Positions 23,009 through 34,036 of a DNA stretch of 64,000 nucleotides are shown piece after piece; within the stretch, counting starts at the first letter, position 1, and every line of letters starts with the position of its first letter. The DNA lies in sequence record PZ738962.1. One strand, written 5' to 3'. Below the pieces are notes generated by a model. That model was not told where the DNA came from. It ran no database searches and saw only the letters and a program-made list of their open reading frames with translations. This DNA comes from a phage. The position numbers were made by a program, and so were the translations under genes.

Positions 23009-24511
23009 ATGCAAGATATTAAAATTCACTTTCTGAACTACTCCCATGTTCAAATTGAATGTAGCGATTCAATTTTATTAGAAATGCGAGATTATTTTAG
23101 TTTTGAAGTCGAGGGAGCGCGATTTCAAAAAAGATTTAAGTATGGTGGATGGGATGGGCGTATTCGTCTTTTAGATTACAACGGAAAGCTGCCAATCGGC
23201 CTAACTAAAACCGTGGGAATCTTCGCTAAAAATATGGGCTATAGCGTATGGGTAGATCCTCGCTTATTCGAAAAAGAACAAGTTACAGAAGAAGAAATTA
23301 CAAAATGGTGTAATGACTTAGAATTATATTCCGGTGCTAACAGGATCACCCCGCATTGGTATCAATCAAAGGCCGTCTTTGAAGGTATTCATCATAAACG
23401 CCGTATGTTAGTTTTGCCTACGTCCGCTGGTAAATCTGCGATTGCTTGTATGTTGTCTCGTTGGTACTTAGAGAACTACGAAGGGAAAGTGTTGATCATC
23501 GTTCCTACCACGTCGCTAGTGCTGCAAATGCGTGATGACTTTGTTGATTATCGCCAGTTTCCTTATGAAGCAATTCATACTATCATGAGCGGTACTAGTA
23601 AACACGTAGGTGATCGCCTGATCGTTGTTAGTACGTGGCAATCTGCATGTAAACAACCTCGTGAGTGGTTCCAACAATTCGGGATGGTTATTGTTGACGA
23701 ATGTCATAAAGCCACTGCTAAAAACCTGCTAAACATCGTTACTGATATGGATCATTGCCAATTTAAGATCGGCATGACTGGTTCCCCTCGTGACGGGAAA
23801 GCTAACATGATGCAGTATGTCGGGCTTTTCGGTGATATTTCTAAGATCGTTAGCATTGACCGCCTGATGGAAGAAGGGCAGGTGACAAAACTGAAAATTA
23901 ACTGTCTTTTCCTTCGTTATACCGATGAGGAATGTAGCGCGGTTAAGGGGCGAGAATATGCGGAAGAGATCAAGTATATTACGTCTAACCCACGACGAAA
24001 TAAGTTTGCTTGTAATTTGGCGCTAAAACTCGCTAAGAAGGGCGAAAACGTATTCCTGATGTTCCGCAATACTAAGCACGGAAAACTTATGTATGACGCG
24101 TTACAGAAGGTACACGACAAGGTTTATTATATTGACGGTGGAGTTAAGACAGAAGAACGTGATGAATTTAAGAAAATGGCGGAGGGTGACACCGGGATCA
24201 TTTGTGTTGCGTCTTATGGTGTGTTCTCTACTGGTGTTTCAATTAAGAATTTGCACCATGTTATTTTCGGTCATCCAGTGAAGGAATCAACTATCGTTCG
24301 TCAGAGTATCGGTCGTGCATTGCGTAAACATGGTTCGAAAGACATTGCAACGGTTTGGGATCTTATAGATCATCTGGCGGTGAAGACAAAGAGCAAGAAT
24401 GCTAAGAAACAGTTTAGCCACCTTAATTATGCTCTTAAACATGCCCTTGAAAGAATAAAAATTTACAACACCGACCGATTTGAATATGTCACGAAAACCA
24501 TCGAGATTTAA
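23009..24511 (+). CDS. uvsW: UvsW DNA/RNA helicase (SF2)
   Basis: ORF-track start 22994 is GTG; ATG 23009 gives MQDIKIHF... as in T4 UvsW (MDIKVHF); Walker A LPTSAGKS, DECH box VIVDECHKA, KLKINCLFLRY. Confidence 0.9.
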   Translation: MQDIKIHFLNYSHVQIECSDSILLEMRDYFSFEVEGARFQKRFKYGGWDGRIRLLDYNGKLPIGLTKTVGIFAKNMGYSVWVDPRLFEKEQVTEEEITKWCNDLELYSGANRITPHWYQSKAVFEGIHHKRRMLVLPTSAGKSAIACMLSRWYLENYEGKVLIIVPTTSLVLQMRDDFVDYRQFPYEAIHTIMSGTSKHVGDRLIVVSTWQSACKQPREWFQQFGMVIVDECHKATAKNLLNIVTDMDHCQFKIGMTGSPRDGKANMMQYVGLFGDISKIVSIDRLMEEGQVTKLKINCLFLRYTDEECSAVKGREYAEEIKYITSNPRRNKFACNLALKLAKKGENVFLMFRNTKHGKLMYDALQKVHDKVYYIDGGVKTEERDEFKKMAEGDTGIICVASYGVFSTGVSIKNLHHVIFGHPVKESTIVRQSIGRALRKHGSKDIATVWDLIDHLAVKTKSKNAKKQFSHLNYALKHALERIKIYNTDRFEYVTKTIEI

Positions 24512-24516
24512 TAAAT

Positions 24517-24540
24517 AGGGGCTTTAATGCCCCTATATTC
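24517..24540 (+). terminator. hairpin ggggc-tttaat-gcccc after uvsW
   Basis: stem-loop read directly. Confidence 0.45.
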
Positions 24541-24554
24541 TACGGAGATTAAAA

Positions 24555-24791
24555 ATGATTAGCTTTAAACGTTTTTTGGTTGAGGCCGCTATTGACGGTT
24601 TCATGCGTAAGATTTATTCTTGTAATACTATCGAGGGATTAAATGAACTTGAGGCATATTATGAGAAGCGCAAGAAAGAAACAGAATTGAAACCTGCTGA
24701 TGATATTTCGATCCGTGATGCCATCGCTGGACGCCGTAAGCAACTGGAAGCGGACAACGAGCCGGAAGAGGAGCCGGAAGAGGATTTTTAA
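24555..24791 (+). CDS. uvsW.1: UvsW.1-like small acidic protein
   Basis: 78 aa; position immediately after uvsW. Confidence 0.5.
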   Translation: MISFKRFLVEAAIDGFMRKIYSCNTIEGLNELEAYYEKRKKETELKPADDISIRDAIAGRRKQLEADNEPEEEPEEDF

Positions 24792-24795
24792 GATA

Positions 24796-24829
24796 TAAAA
24801 AAGCCCCATCAATGATGGGGCAAAATAAA
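24796..24829. terminator. bidirectional terminator (A-run, gccccatc/gatggggc, A/T-run)
   Basis: hairpin flanked by A and T tracts between convergent genes. Confidence 0.6.
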
Positions 24830-25052
24830 CCAATTAAAATCGGTTATCAACAAATTACATTAACAGCATTGTTTGCTCTACGAGTTGTTCTTGTTCTTCG
24901 CCGTTCGCATCTTCACTAATCGAACGTTCTGTTACTAGCTGTAAGCAGTAGCCAGTGTGAACAACGCCGTTTTCTGTCTGGACGGATAACGCATCCTCGA
25001 CAGGTTGTTTACAACAAATACAGATTTTCATAAAAATTCCTCCTGCATGTAT

Positions 25053-25460
25053 TTAGCGACCAGATTCCAGCATACGCAATTCTATAGCATTCTTGATCGC
25101 AAAGCCACGAGATTTAACGATATCAAGTGCGCGACCAGCAAAATCCATTACCATCTGGTAATATGCAATTTTCGTATCAAGCGGTAAGATCTCGTCGTCT
25201 GCTGCCATGACAACTTTCAATTCTGATTTCTCATATTCAGCACGACACCAGTCATCACTACGGTTAGTGTAAAAATCAAGACGATTTTTCATAGCCTTTT
25301 TCTTTTTAGCCTCAAGAGCAATCGTCTCTCTTTTCGCCTCGCTGTAAATCCTTAACCACTTTGAGTATACTACCGGATTATTCAGCGCCTCCCATTGCAA
25401 CTTAGTCGCATCGATCTTCATGTCAGCTTCTAATTGTTCTTTCAAATCGTTTAGGTCCAT
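25053..25460 (-). CDS. uvsY: UvsY recombination mediator
   Basis: 135 aa; KLQWEALNNPVVYSKWL and IVKSRGFAIKNAIELR match recalled T4 UvsY. Confidence 0.85.
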   Translation of the reverse strand: MDLNDLKEQLEADMKIDATKLQWEALNNPVVYSKWLRIYSEAKRETIALEAKKKKAMKNRLDFYTNRSDDWCRAEYEKSELKVVMAADDEILPLDTKIAYYQMVMDFAGRALDIVKSRGFAIKNAIELRMLESGR

Positions 25461-25507
25461 AATATCCCCTTATTCACACTAAGACCTATATCATATCACA
25501 CACAAAA

Positions 25508-25894
25508 TCACTTTGCAAGTCTTATGCGTAGTTGTTCAAGATCATCTGGGTTATCTATTACTGAAAAGTAGATTGATACTATGATTGAGTTATCGTCGTA
25601 CTGCGGAGTTACTTCTACTGTCAGGTTTCGGACCCGTGGTTCATAGTTTCGGATCGCCTCATTGATGTTTTTTGATAAGGTATCCACTGTCAGTGGGTTC
25701 ATGTTCTCAAACAGTGATTTATTGAGATCGCATCCAAACAGTGGATCAAATGGACGAGACCCCTTGCGAGTAGTCACGATCAGTAGAATAGAATCCTTAA
25801 CCGCTTTAATCCCTATGTTCTTTTTAACGTCGTTATTCCACGATCTGGATATATTGAGATCCAAATCAGTATACATCTGATTAATAGTTGCCAT
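25508..25894 (-). CDS. 25: baseplate wedge protein gp25
   Basis: ORF-track start is TTG; ATG gives MATINQMYTDLD (T4 MANINKLYSDIDPEM); 128 aa. Confidence 0.8.
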   Translation of the reverse strand: MATINQMYTDLDLNISRSWNNDVKKNIGIKAVKDSILLIVTTRKGSRPFDPLFGCDLNKSLFENMNPLTVDTLSKNINEAIRNYEPRVRNLTVEVTPQYDDNSIIVSIYFSVIDNPDDLEQLRIRLAK

Positions 25895-25902
25895 GTTATA
25901 CC

Positions 25903-26532
25903 TCAAAGAATTTTAAGGAAACTGGATAGACCTGATAATGAATATACACCAGATTCCCCGCATTCGCACTTGATCGGTACTGCCAGCGTGATTTGATTTC
26001 TTGTTAGCTCGTCGATCACTTCTTCCACTTTATCCGTGGTAAGCATATCCAGCACGCGGTCAAAGTCCTGTGCGTTCAGGTCGTCTATATTGAATTGCTG
26101 ATCGCCGATCACGATATATTCGATACATGCAATTACCATCTGCATAATATCAACATCTTCTGTAAACTTAGGTTGACGAAACTTGATTTTTACTTGTCCT
26201 AAGTCTAGAATATATGGTTCAACTTCTGGTATCTGTGTGCGTGAAACATCAAGAGAGTATACTTTCTCTTTATTGCATACACCACACACCCAAGTAGCAT
26301 CAATTTTCATCTTATTGAGGCTGTGACACCATAAGAGAAGAAAAATATATTCTGCTTCGCATTTCTCTAGCTCTAATGCATTGATCCCCGTACATTCATG
26401 TATGATCTCTATAACAACCTCTGACAGCTTGCCAGTCTCTTTTGCTGCTACCAGTTTTTGAAATTCGCCGAAGGTGAAAGCACGGGCGTGTATCAACTTT
26501 TCGCCTAATTGGATCTTGAAAAAGTATTGCAT
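25903..26532 (-). CDS. 26: baseplate hub protein gp26
   Basis: 209 aa; synteny upstream of 25. Confidence 0.65.
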   Translation of the reverse strand: MQYFFKIQLGEKLIHARAFTFGEFQKLVAAKETGKLSEVVIEIIHECTGINALELEKCEAEYIFLLLWCHSLNKMKIDATWVCGVCNKEKVYSLDVSRTQIPEVEPYILDLGQVKIKFRQPKFTEDVDIMQMVIACIEYIVIGDQQFNIDDLNAQDFDRVLDMLTTDKVEEVIDELTRNQITLAVPIKCECGESGVYSLSGLSSFLKIL

Positions 26533-26574
26533 AATAAAACACCCTTTATAAACACATAGAATTATTTAGTATTT

Positions 26575-26582
26575 TATAAATA
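26575..26582 (+). promoter_or_regulatory. T4-type late promoter TATAAATA upstream of gene 51
   Basis: exact TATAAATA about 21 nt upstream of the gene 51 ATG. Confidence 0.5.
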
Positions 26583-26602
26583 CCCGAAAGGGGGATTATA
26601 CC

Positions 26603-27373
26603 ATGAATATTATCCGAATAAAACTACCGGAAGGTGTGCAGAGATTTAAACCATTCACGGTAAAAGATTATAGAGATTTCCTTCTGGTGTCAACTGAAAT
26701 TAAGATGAATCCAGAAGAAGAACAAACGATTCTTGATGAGCTATTAGAAGAAATATATCCAGACGTAGATCCGGCATTTCGTGAATATATTTTCCTGAAT
26801 GTCTTTACTAGTTCAATTGGTAAAACTAAGATACCGCTTTGTTTTACTTGCCCGACTTGCAACAAAGAAAGAAGAATGTTGCTTAACTTACAGGTTGAAG
26901 CACTAAAACCAATCGTTCTAGAGGCCGCAGGGCTTAAAATAACTTTCCGGTATGTTAAACCATCAACCGACTATGCAAAAACGTTTCTGGATGCGATAGA
27001 GCGTGTATCTGATGGTATTAATGACTATCTATGGACTGAATTGCCGGAAGAAGTTAGAGAACAGGTTATCGATTCAATCTCATTTTCTGAATTTGAAGAA
27101 GTTGTTAAGCAGATGCACACAATCAAGATCGAACAAAAGATATCTTGTTGTGAGAGTCATGACCTGAAATACATAGGTCTTCTTCCATTATTCAAATTGT
27201 TGTTGAATCCAGATGAGTTATTCATCTTTTATCGAATAAACCATCTATTGGCAAAATCAAATTATTCTATCAGTGATCTTATGGACATGTTGCCCGTCGA
27301 GAGAAACATTGCACTGACACTGGTCGAGAAAGACGTAAAAGAGGCAAACAATGCAAAGAACGGGGTTTCCTAA
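26603..27373 (+). CDS. 51: baseplate hub assembly protein gp51
   Basis: 256 aa; synteny. Confidence 0.65.
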   Translation: MNIIRIKLPEGVQRFKPFTVKDYRDFLLVSTEIKMNPEEEQTILDELLEEIYPDVDPAFREYIFLNVFTSSIGKTKIPLCFTCPTCNKERRMLLNLQVEALKPIVLEAAGLKITFRYVKPSTDYAKTFLDAIERVSDGINDYLWTELPEEVREQVIDSISFSEFEEVVKQMHTIKIEQKISCCESHDLKYIGLLPLFKLLLNPDELFIFYRINHLLAKSNYSISDLMDMLPVERNIALTLVEKDVKEANNAKNGVS

Positions 27374-28460
27374 TGTCTCAATAAAACTTTATCAGGATTA
27401 TGAGGCATTTCTAAATCATCGCTTTATAGAATTGGGTGCTACCTTTGTTACAATGACTCTGCGTGATTCGATTCGTGGGGTGAACGAAGGATTGTTGCAA
27501 TTCTATGATAATAAGGCGATGCATACAAAATTAAACGGGAGAGAGATCATTCAGATTTCGCTATCCACTGCTAATACAGATGAAGTGTTTAACCGAATCT
27601 ATGGGATCTCTCATAGTAATGTAACAATTGACCAAAAATCCGACAACATTTTAACATTCCAGTTAAAGAGCTATCACGAATCATTAAACCTTAAATTTTC
27701 TCGCTCATTGACAAATAACGCGGTTAATAACGTAACTAGCATGATTGATGCCATCTATAAGGAAGTTCCTTTATGGAAACCTACTATAAAGGGTGATAAC
27801 GTTGTTATTCCTCGTTGTCCGTGGGTTAGTACCATAAATGACTATATGGATTTTGTGAGGGCATACGGGCAAAGCGTAGAAACCGAGTCTTTCGTGTATT
27901 GCTGGGAAGATTTTGATGGTATAACGATCGCTGGACACGATACAATATTAAAAAATGAGCCAATACCAGCTATAATCTGTGAGCCTAGACTCATGGGGCA
28001 GTTTATTGATATGTCGCCTAATCTGATGGTTTTTAATTTCGAGTGGCAGACTAAGAGCAATGCTAAAGTTAAAAATTCATTTAGCAATGTGACATACACA
28101 ACTATTGATTTTGTTACTAAGCAGTATAATAAAATTATTGTTGGTAATGGGGATAACATTGCACACTTTGCTCATGGTGGCGCTTATGGCGATTTAACTT
28201 ATAAGAATGCGTTTTTGGAAGGTTCTAAACTTGCCACAATAGAACAATATGATTCATATGCTACCGCCGTGTGTCACGGTAATTTTTCGTTGCGCCCCGG
28301 TATGGTTATTCGATTCTTTGATGAGAAGCAACAAGCACGCAATGATTTTATTGTTGACGAAGTGGTGCATGAAATTAGCCGAGAGCAATCATTAACTCAC
28401 CTGTATATGATCGGTAACAGCGAAGAATTACAGGAAGTCAAATTTGAAGGTAAGATATAA
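27351..28460 (+). CDS. 27: baseplate hub protein gp27
   Basis: 369 aa; synteny. Confidence 0.7.
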   Translation: MQRTGFPNVSIKLYQDYEAFLNHRFIELGATFVTMTLRDSIRGVNEGLLQFYDNKAMHTKLNGREIIQISLSTANTDEVFNRIYGISHSNVTIDQKSDNILTFQLKSYHESLNLKFSRSLTNNAVNNVTSMIDAIYKEVPLWKPTIKGDNVVIPRCPWVSTINDYMDFVRAYGQSVETESFVYCWEDFDGITIAGHDTILKNEPIPAIICEPRLMGQFIDMSPNLMVFNFEWQTKSNAKVKNSFSNVTYTTIDFVTKQYNKIIVGNGDNIAHFAHGGAYGDLTYKNAFLEGSKLATIEQYDSYATAVCHGNFSLRPGMVIRFFDEKQQARNDFIVDEVVHEISREQSLTHLYMIGNSEELQEVKFEGKI

Positions 28461-28978
28461 TGACAGAAACTAAACCTATGTTAAAATTTGTTGTTCCTGT
28501 AAAAAAATTAGAGATAAACGGGAAACATATCAAGATCCCAAAAATGGGGATTAAGCAACATCGATTATTAAAAGATGTTCGTAGCTGTGATGAAACATTA
28601 AAGATTCTTCTTGATTCAATCTATCCTGGGTTAAACGCTGCCGAGTCTGAATTGGTTATGCTTAACCTTTGTGCGTTTAATGGTAAGTGTCAGGAAGAAA
28701 AAGATGGTCTTAAGCTGTCTGATGTGTATATTTGTACAGAGACTGAATTTACTTTAAATGGTAAAGTCTTTAAATTTAAAAATCCAATGTATACTTCTGA
28801 CCCCATTATCGATGACGCTGATTTCTTGAGTCATCATTATCACGATCCTAGTGTAGACTTCCATGATTTCCCAGCTTTTATTATGGATTGGGCTACAGGA
28901 TTAAGAAAAACTATTGCACTGGATACACCGGAAGGTACTATCTATGGTGGAATTAACATATTGGATCGCCTATCATGA
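28460..28978 (+). CDS. 28: baseplate hub protein gp28
   Basis: 172 aa; synteny. Confidence 0.6.
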   Translation: MTETKPMLKFVVPVKKLEINGKHIKIPKMGIKQHRLLKDVRSCDETLKILLDSIYPGLNAAESELVMLNLCAFNGKCQEEKDGLKLSDVYICTETEFTLNGKVFKFKNPMYTSDPIIDDADFLSHHYHDPSVDFHDFPAFIMDWATGLRKTIALDTPEGTIYGGINILDRLS

Positions 28979-30708
28979 ATGACGCATTAACATCATTTCG
29001 CGGGATGCGCAAGGAAGCGGAAGAAAACCCGATTGATAAACTGAACAAATTAGATAAACTTGATTCTATTGATAATTTGCAAGCCGCTACCGAATTGGTG
29101 GCGGAGACAGTGGAACAAAAATCTAATGAAGTTGTTGGTGCGGTAGAGGATAACACCGCAGCCAATGAATTGACGGCAGAGAATACCCAATCTACCGCTG
29201 GCAATACCCAAAAAACTTATGAAGAATTGCAAAAACTCAATAATTTCTCTTCTCAGATGAATGAGAAATTACGTGGTTTTGGTGTTATGATGGAACGTAG
29301 ATTTGGTGTTGTCAGTAAAATGGCTAGCGGTATTGGTGCGATTGAAGAAGCACTGAAAACCCAGGAACAACCGCAAACAATGCCATCACCTCAGCCAGTT
29401 TTGCCTACTGTACCGGAACAGCCTAATAATGACAACTATCAAGGTCTTCCAAAGAAAAAACCGGATGTTGAGGAACGGAAGAAAAAGAACGCCGCAGATA
29501 AGCGCAATGCGGATTCTATGGAAAATCTTCTTAAAGTTGTTCGTGGAGGATTTAAAGAAACCATAGGTATCTCTAATAAGGTCTTAGGGATGTTATTTAA
29601 GATCACCTTGACCGCTATGGCAGAAGCCGCAAAATGGGGCGCTATTTTGATGGGTATTGTTTTTGCCATTGATACCCTTATGATTCATTTCAGATATTGG
29701 AGTGATTTATTCGAAACAAAATTTGATGAATTTATGGATAAAGCCGGAGAATGGGCTGGACCAATTAGTGATATTCTAACAACTATTCGTCAAGTTCGAG
29801 ATTATTGGTCTAAAGGCGAATATGGAGAGTTAATTAAATCTCTTGTTATGGGTATTGGTGATGCATTCTATAAAACCTTTATCCAACTTGATCGAATTAT
29901 CACTACTGGTATTGCTAAAATTCTTCGCATGATCCCTGGTATGGGTGATTATGCCGATAAGTTAGAATATGGTGCTTTAAAATCTGCTGTCGCTCAAGGC
30001 TATACGCCAAATGAAAGAGAACTCGAATTAATGGATAAGGTCGAGTCTGAACACGAAGAGGACAAATACGGGGAGCGTACTGGTTGGACCGGAAAAGCCC
30101 GTGATATTGGTGAGGCTATCGGTGACTCCATTAAAGATAAAGTTAACGAGGGTCTTGTTAGTCTGGGCTGGAGAGATCAAAAGGATGTTGACGCAGAGAA
30201 GCGACAAGAAGAATTAAAACGCGGGGAATACAAGTCTGTTTCTGCTGAACAACGATCTGCTAGTCGTAAACTTAGAATTAAAAGCGAGGGCGCGATCAAT
30301 AATATTAATGAAGTTATGGAGAATTTGAGCGGTGACTATGACAAAGAAAGAATGGGAGAGTTGAAAAAGGATATTGATGTTTACCGTGAGCAAGTTCAAG
30401 ATCCTACATTAGTTGAAAGTGATCGTTCTCAGTTAGAGCGTCTTATTGAAAAATTTGATGAGATGTATGCTGATAAAACTAAGGGTGTGGTTCCAACTAA
30501 TCCTGTTCCTGCAACTGAAACGGAAACAGCAAAACAAGCGGAACGTACTGAACAAATGCAGAAACAAGCTGCAATCCAGCAACAAACGACAAATCAGACC
30601 TCAAACGTAAATAATACACAAATTGTAACAAACAATAGAACTATTAAACAGGGTGCACCAACAACTAGAATTGATGCTCCCGGTACAATTAATATGGGGA
30701 ACTTTTAA
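28975..30708 (+). CDS. 29: baseplate hub / tail length tape-measure protein gp29
   Basis: 577 aa; synteny. Confidence 0.7.
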   Translation: MNDALTSFRGMRKEAEENPIDKLNKLDKLDSIDNLQAATELVAETVEQKSNEVVGAVEDNTAANELTAENTQSTAGNTQKTYEELQKLNNFSSQMNEKLRGFGVMMERRFGVVSKMASGIGAIEEALKTQEQPQTMPSPQPVLPTVPEQPNNDNYQGLPKKKPDVEERKKKNAADKRNADSMENLLKVVRGGFKETIGISNKVLGMLFKITLTAMAEAAKWGAILMGIVFAIDTLMIHFRYWSDLFETKFDEFMDKAGEWAGPISDILTTIRQVRDYWSKGEYGELIKSLVMGIGDAFYKTFIQLDRIITTGIAKILRMIPGMGDYADKLEYGALKSAVAQGYTPNERELELMDKVESEHEEDKYGERTGWTGKARDIGEAIGDSIKDKVNEGLVSLGWRDQKDVDAEKRQEELKRGEYKSVSAEQRSASRKLRIKSEGAINNINEVMENLSGDYDKERMGELKKDIDVYREQVQDPTLVESDRSQLERLIEKFDEMYADKTKGVVPTNPVPATETETAKQAERTEQMQKQAAIQQQTTNQTSNVNNTQIVTNNRTIKQGAPTTRIDAPGTINMGNF

Positions 30709-31766
30709 TGAAAATTAGTGTTATCAATGATGCCGTTGATAGCTTTAAAGCGGGGGTTAAAACCTCCGCTGGTTTTACCTCAAAAAATAAAGGGAAAACA
30801 TTAACCGCTCAATTCCCCGCTGAACGTGCTAGCGGTAATGATGCTAGCGGTTATTATATCAACGACTTATATAATAATGGTCTGTTATTCACTGCATACG
30901 ATTATACATCTCGTACTACTGGTTCGTTGCGTGATTTCAGGAAAAAGAAAAATGTTGCTAGCGGTTTTGGTGGTAGCGTTAATATCGCTGGTTTTGATTT
31001 AAATTTGGGTGGGAGAAATGCTGCATTTGACCGAGAGGCAATTGCTAATATTCTTCTTCCTCGTAGTCAATCTGACGTTGACGCTGCTAGCCATAAGTTT
31101 AATGATGTTGGTGAATCTGTTATTTCTCGCGGTGGTGGTACTTTAGGCGGTGCTCTTTCTAATATGGCATCTACTGCCGTTTTTGGTGGTATCGAAAGTA
31201 TTACTGGTGGATACCTTGCCGATCACGGTGAACAGATTTATAATACTGCGCGAAGCATGTATGCTGGTGCTGACGCACGAACTAAAAACTACGTATGGCA
31301 TCTAACCCCACGTAGTATTGAAGACCTTCGCAATATTCTGATCATATACGAAACGTTTTTAGAGTTGTCTTATGGGTCTAGTGGTATTTCCAGCACCGCA
31401 AAAGAATTAAAAGCGGAAGTTGATGCGTGGTATAAAAATACACTATTGAGAAAATCCACCCCAGAGGAAGCGAAGAGAAATGATACTCTGTTTGAAGGGA
31501 TCACCGATTTTCTATCAAACGCAATTACTGTATCTAACCCGACAATATGGATGATCTCTAACTTCGGCAAGCGTACATCGTTTGAAGGGCGTAGCGATGC
31601 ATTTGGTCCCGCTCAGATCTCAAGTGTACGTCTGGACAAGTCGCCTGATGGTAAGTTTAATGGCCTTGCTATTTCTCCTAACTTGCCTAGTACATTTGTT
31701 CTGGAAGTATCATTTAGAGAGATCTTGACACTTTCCCGTGGTACTATATTTGGGAGTGCGGCATAA
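30708..31766 (+). CDS. 48: baseplate tail-tube cap protein gp48
   Basis: 352 aa; synteny. Confidence 0.7.
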   Translation: MKISVINDAVDSFKAGVKTSAGFTSKNKGKTLTAQFPAERASGNDASGYYINDLYNNGLLFTAYDYTSRTTGSLRDFRKKKNVASGFGGSVNIAGFDLNLGGRNAAFDREAIANILLPRSQSDVDAASHKFNDVGESVISRGGGTLGGALSNMASTAVFGGIESITGGYLADHGEQIYNTARSMYAGADARTKNYVWHLTPRSIEDLRNILIIYETFLELSYGSSGISSTAKELKAEVDAWYKNTLLRKSTPEEAKRNDTLFEGITDFLSNAITVSNPTIWMISNFGKRTSFEGRSDAFGPAQISSVRLDKSPDGKFNGLAISPNLPSTFVLEVSFREILTLSRGTIFGSAA

Positions 31767-32698
31767 TGTTTGATTTAAATGACTTTAACGAACAAGCCGC
31801 TAACCTTGACTTTCAGCGATCCAACTTATTCAGCGTGGCATTTGCCACCACTCCAAGTAATAAGACACAAGCGATCCTAGAAAGTATGGGCGGGGCGGTA
31901 TATGATATTATACCAAATGCATTAAATGACTATTTCGGGATTACTCGTGGTGATTATACTGACGCATTAACAAATCTTGCTGTACAGGGTGTTAGGCGTG
32001 CTGTTGATTCATCTGGTGTCAAAAAGTATCTTTTAGGTGCAATGTCATCCCGCGTAGTTCAATCTCTTCTGGGGCAATTTGATGTTGGTACATATGCGCT
32101 TGACTGGTTCAATATGGCATATAAGACAAGCGGTCTTCTGGTGTATGCTGTTAAGGTTCCAGAAAACAGATTGAATTATGAAATGGACCGTAACCACAAT
32201 GCGCCAAACATTCGAATTACCGGACGTGATTTTGATCCGCTTGTATTGAGCTTTAGAATGGACTCTAGCGCATCAAACTATAGAGCAATGCAGGATTGGG
32301 TTAACTCAGTAGAAGACCCCGTCACAGGGCTTCGTGCGCTTCCTGTTGACGTTGAAGCGGATATTCAGGTCAACTTACATAACCGAATGGGAGTCCCTCA
32401 CACGATCATGATGTTTAATGGTTGTGTTCCTGTCGGTGTGAGTGCACCGGAATTAACCTATGAAAACAACAACGAAATTACAACATTCGATGTTACTTTT
32501 GCGTATAGGACTATGCAAACTGGTGCTGTAGGAGAGCAAGCCGCGCGAGAATGGATTGAGGATAAGGCAATAAACGCAATAACAAACACTTTCGGCAATA
32601 ATTTACTTGATAGTGGGTTATCTGCTGCTGGTAATGCTTTATCGCGTCTAAATGGCGTTGGTGGACGTGTGGTGAATACTGTCACTAACTGGTTCTGA
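31766..32698 (+). CDS. 54: baseplate tail-tube initiator gp54
   Basis: 310 aa; synteny. Confidence 0.7.
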   Translation: MFDLNDFNEQAANLDFQRSNLFSVAFATTPSNKTQAILESMGGAVYDIIPNALNDYFGITRGDYTDALTNLAVQGVRRAVDSSGVKKYLLGAMSSRVVQSLLGQFDVGTYALDWFNMAYKTSGLLVYAVKVPENRLNYEMDRNHNAPNIRITGRDFDPLVLSFRMDSSASNYRAMQDWVNSVEDPVTGLRALPVDVEADIQVNLHNRMGVPHTIMMFNGCVPVGVSAPELTYENNNEITTFDVTFAYRTMQTGAVGEQAAREWIEDKAINAITNTFGNNLLDSGLSAAGNALSRLNGVGGRVVNTVTNWF

Positions 32699-32704
32699 TA
32701 AACG

Positions 32705-32734
32705 AAAGGCGGGGATTATCCCCGCCTTTTTATT
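32705..32734. terminator. bidirectional terminator ggcgggga-ttat-tccccgcc with flanking A/T runs
   Basis: perfect 8 bp stem plus T5; between convergent gene 54 and the minus-strand lipoprotein gene. Confidence 0.65.
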
Positions 32735-33215
32735 TTGCTAAATCATTGCAATATTTTAGTGCCTTAGTTTGAAATTCTGCGCTGTTAAGTTCTTCATAAC
32801 GGTCATAATCACCGTTTAATGCTGCCTTTCTTGCTTCTTGCTCTATCTGCATGTCAGACATGATAATACAGCGATCCCGCGCTTTCATCTTCTCAAGTTG
32901 TATAGACTCTTCTTTCTGCTTGCGCAATTCTTCTTGACGCTTCTTTTCTTCTTGTGCTTTCTCTTCCCGCGCTTCTTTGATTGCATCCTTGAACATCTGC
33001 GTTTGTGGTGCTAAACCAACTTTAACGCGATCCACGTCTCGACGTTCCATTTTAGAAATAAAGCATGATTCGATCTGATCATCACTTGCATATGCTGCTT
33101 TACATTCACGAAGCAAGAAAACCGGATCTGATTTAGCATTCATCATAGCTTCCATGTTGGCACAACCAGTAAGCATGAATGCAGCCGCAAGACCAATCAG
33201 TTTAATCATTTTCAT
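32730..33215 (-). CDS. putative lipoprotein
   Basis: 161 aa; signal peptide with lipobox LTGC; charged K/E-rich segment; start overlaps stop of the upstream ART gene (ATGA). Confidence 0.5.
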   Translation of the reverse strand: MKMIKLIGLAAAFMLTGCANMEAMMNAKSDPVFLLRECKAAYASDDQIESCFISKMERRDVDRVKVGLAPQTQMFKDAIKEAREEKAQEEKKRQEELRKQKEESIQLEKMKARDRCIIMSDMQIEQEARKAALNGDYDRYEELNSAEFQTKALKYCNDLAK

Positions 33216-34036
33216 TTAGTCACCTCACCGAAAATTGTAAATTGTCTACGATTCTCATCGCCGAAAGATTCTACTACGTCGTTTACCTTGACGCAAGTCC
33301 CTCGCGGTAAAATTACTTCACATTCGCAAGGGTTCCATGCAATTGACCCAACAACAAAACCTTTATGATCTTTTACGTCAATTACCCATGATACATTACA
33401 AGAATGTTGCATCTTTCCGGTCATTGATTCATATCGATTCTCACAATAAAGGCTAGTGCTGTTTGATAGCCATCCTCCAAAGATGATCGGTGTCATGCTG
33501 GTAGATACAAAGTTTTTAAAGGTAAACTCCTTATCTTCAATGATACGCTCTATTGTCTGAATGTCAAGATGTTGACCTCGATAAAGAGTACCGTTTAACT
33601 TTTCGGTTTTATCCATGACACAATCCATCAAATCAACAATCTCTGATATCTCATCGGTCATGTCTTCTTCCCCTAAGAGAGCACCATTTACCCATTCGTA
33701 TTGTTCAGACACATAATCACAGATTGCATTATATTCTGCTGGGGTTATGTTGTTATGTTTGTAATGTTTGAATACATTATCTCCAAAGTCTTCGGAGTGT
33801 ACTTCATACATCACATTAATGATTTTCTTGACAAATCCATAATCTTGTGTCTCGCGCTCAAGGAAGCGGATAACCTTCACATAATCATCAAAGTTAATCT
33901 GATCGCTGATCATCTCAGTGATCATGTAACCATTAATCCCCTCAATGTCATATGTTTCGATGTAATTATCCATACGTTCCATCATTGATTCGCGTGATTC
34001 TTCTGAAAGACGAAAATCCTGTAATTTCTTGAACAT
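33212..34036 (-). CDS. Alt-like ADP-ribosyltransferase paralog
   Basis: 274 aa; TLYRGQ...FTFKNFVSTSMTPIIFGGW...CECEVILPRG parallels Alt ILYRGM...FYFKNYVSTSLAPNIFGGW...ECEILLPRG (R-S-ExE motifs). Confidence 0.6.
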   Translation of the reverse strand: MFKKLQDFRLSEESRESMMERMDNYIETYDIEGINGYMITEMISDQINFDDYVKVIRFLERETQDYGFVKKIINVMYEVHSEDFGDNVFKHYKHNNITPAEYNAICDYVSEQYEWVNGALLGEEDMTDEISEIVDLMDCVMDKTEKLNGTLYRGQHLDIQTIERIIEDKEFTFKNFVSTSMTPIIFGGWLSNSTSLYCENRYESMTGKMQHSCNVSWVIDVKDHKGFVVGSIAWNPCECEVILPRGTCVKVNDVVESFGDENRRQFTIFGEVTK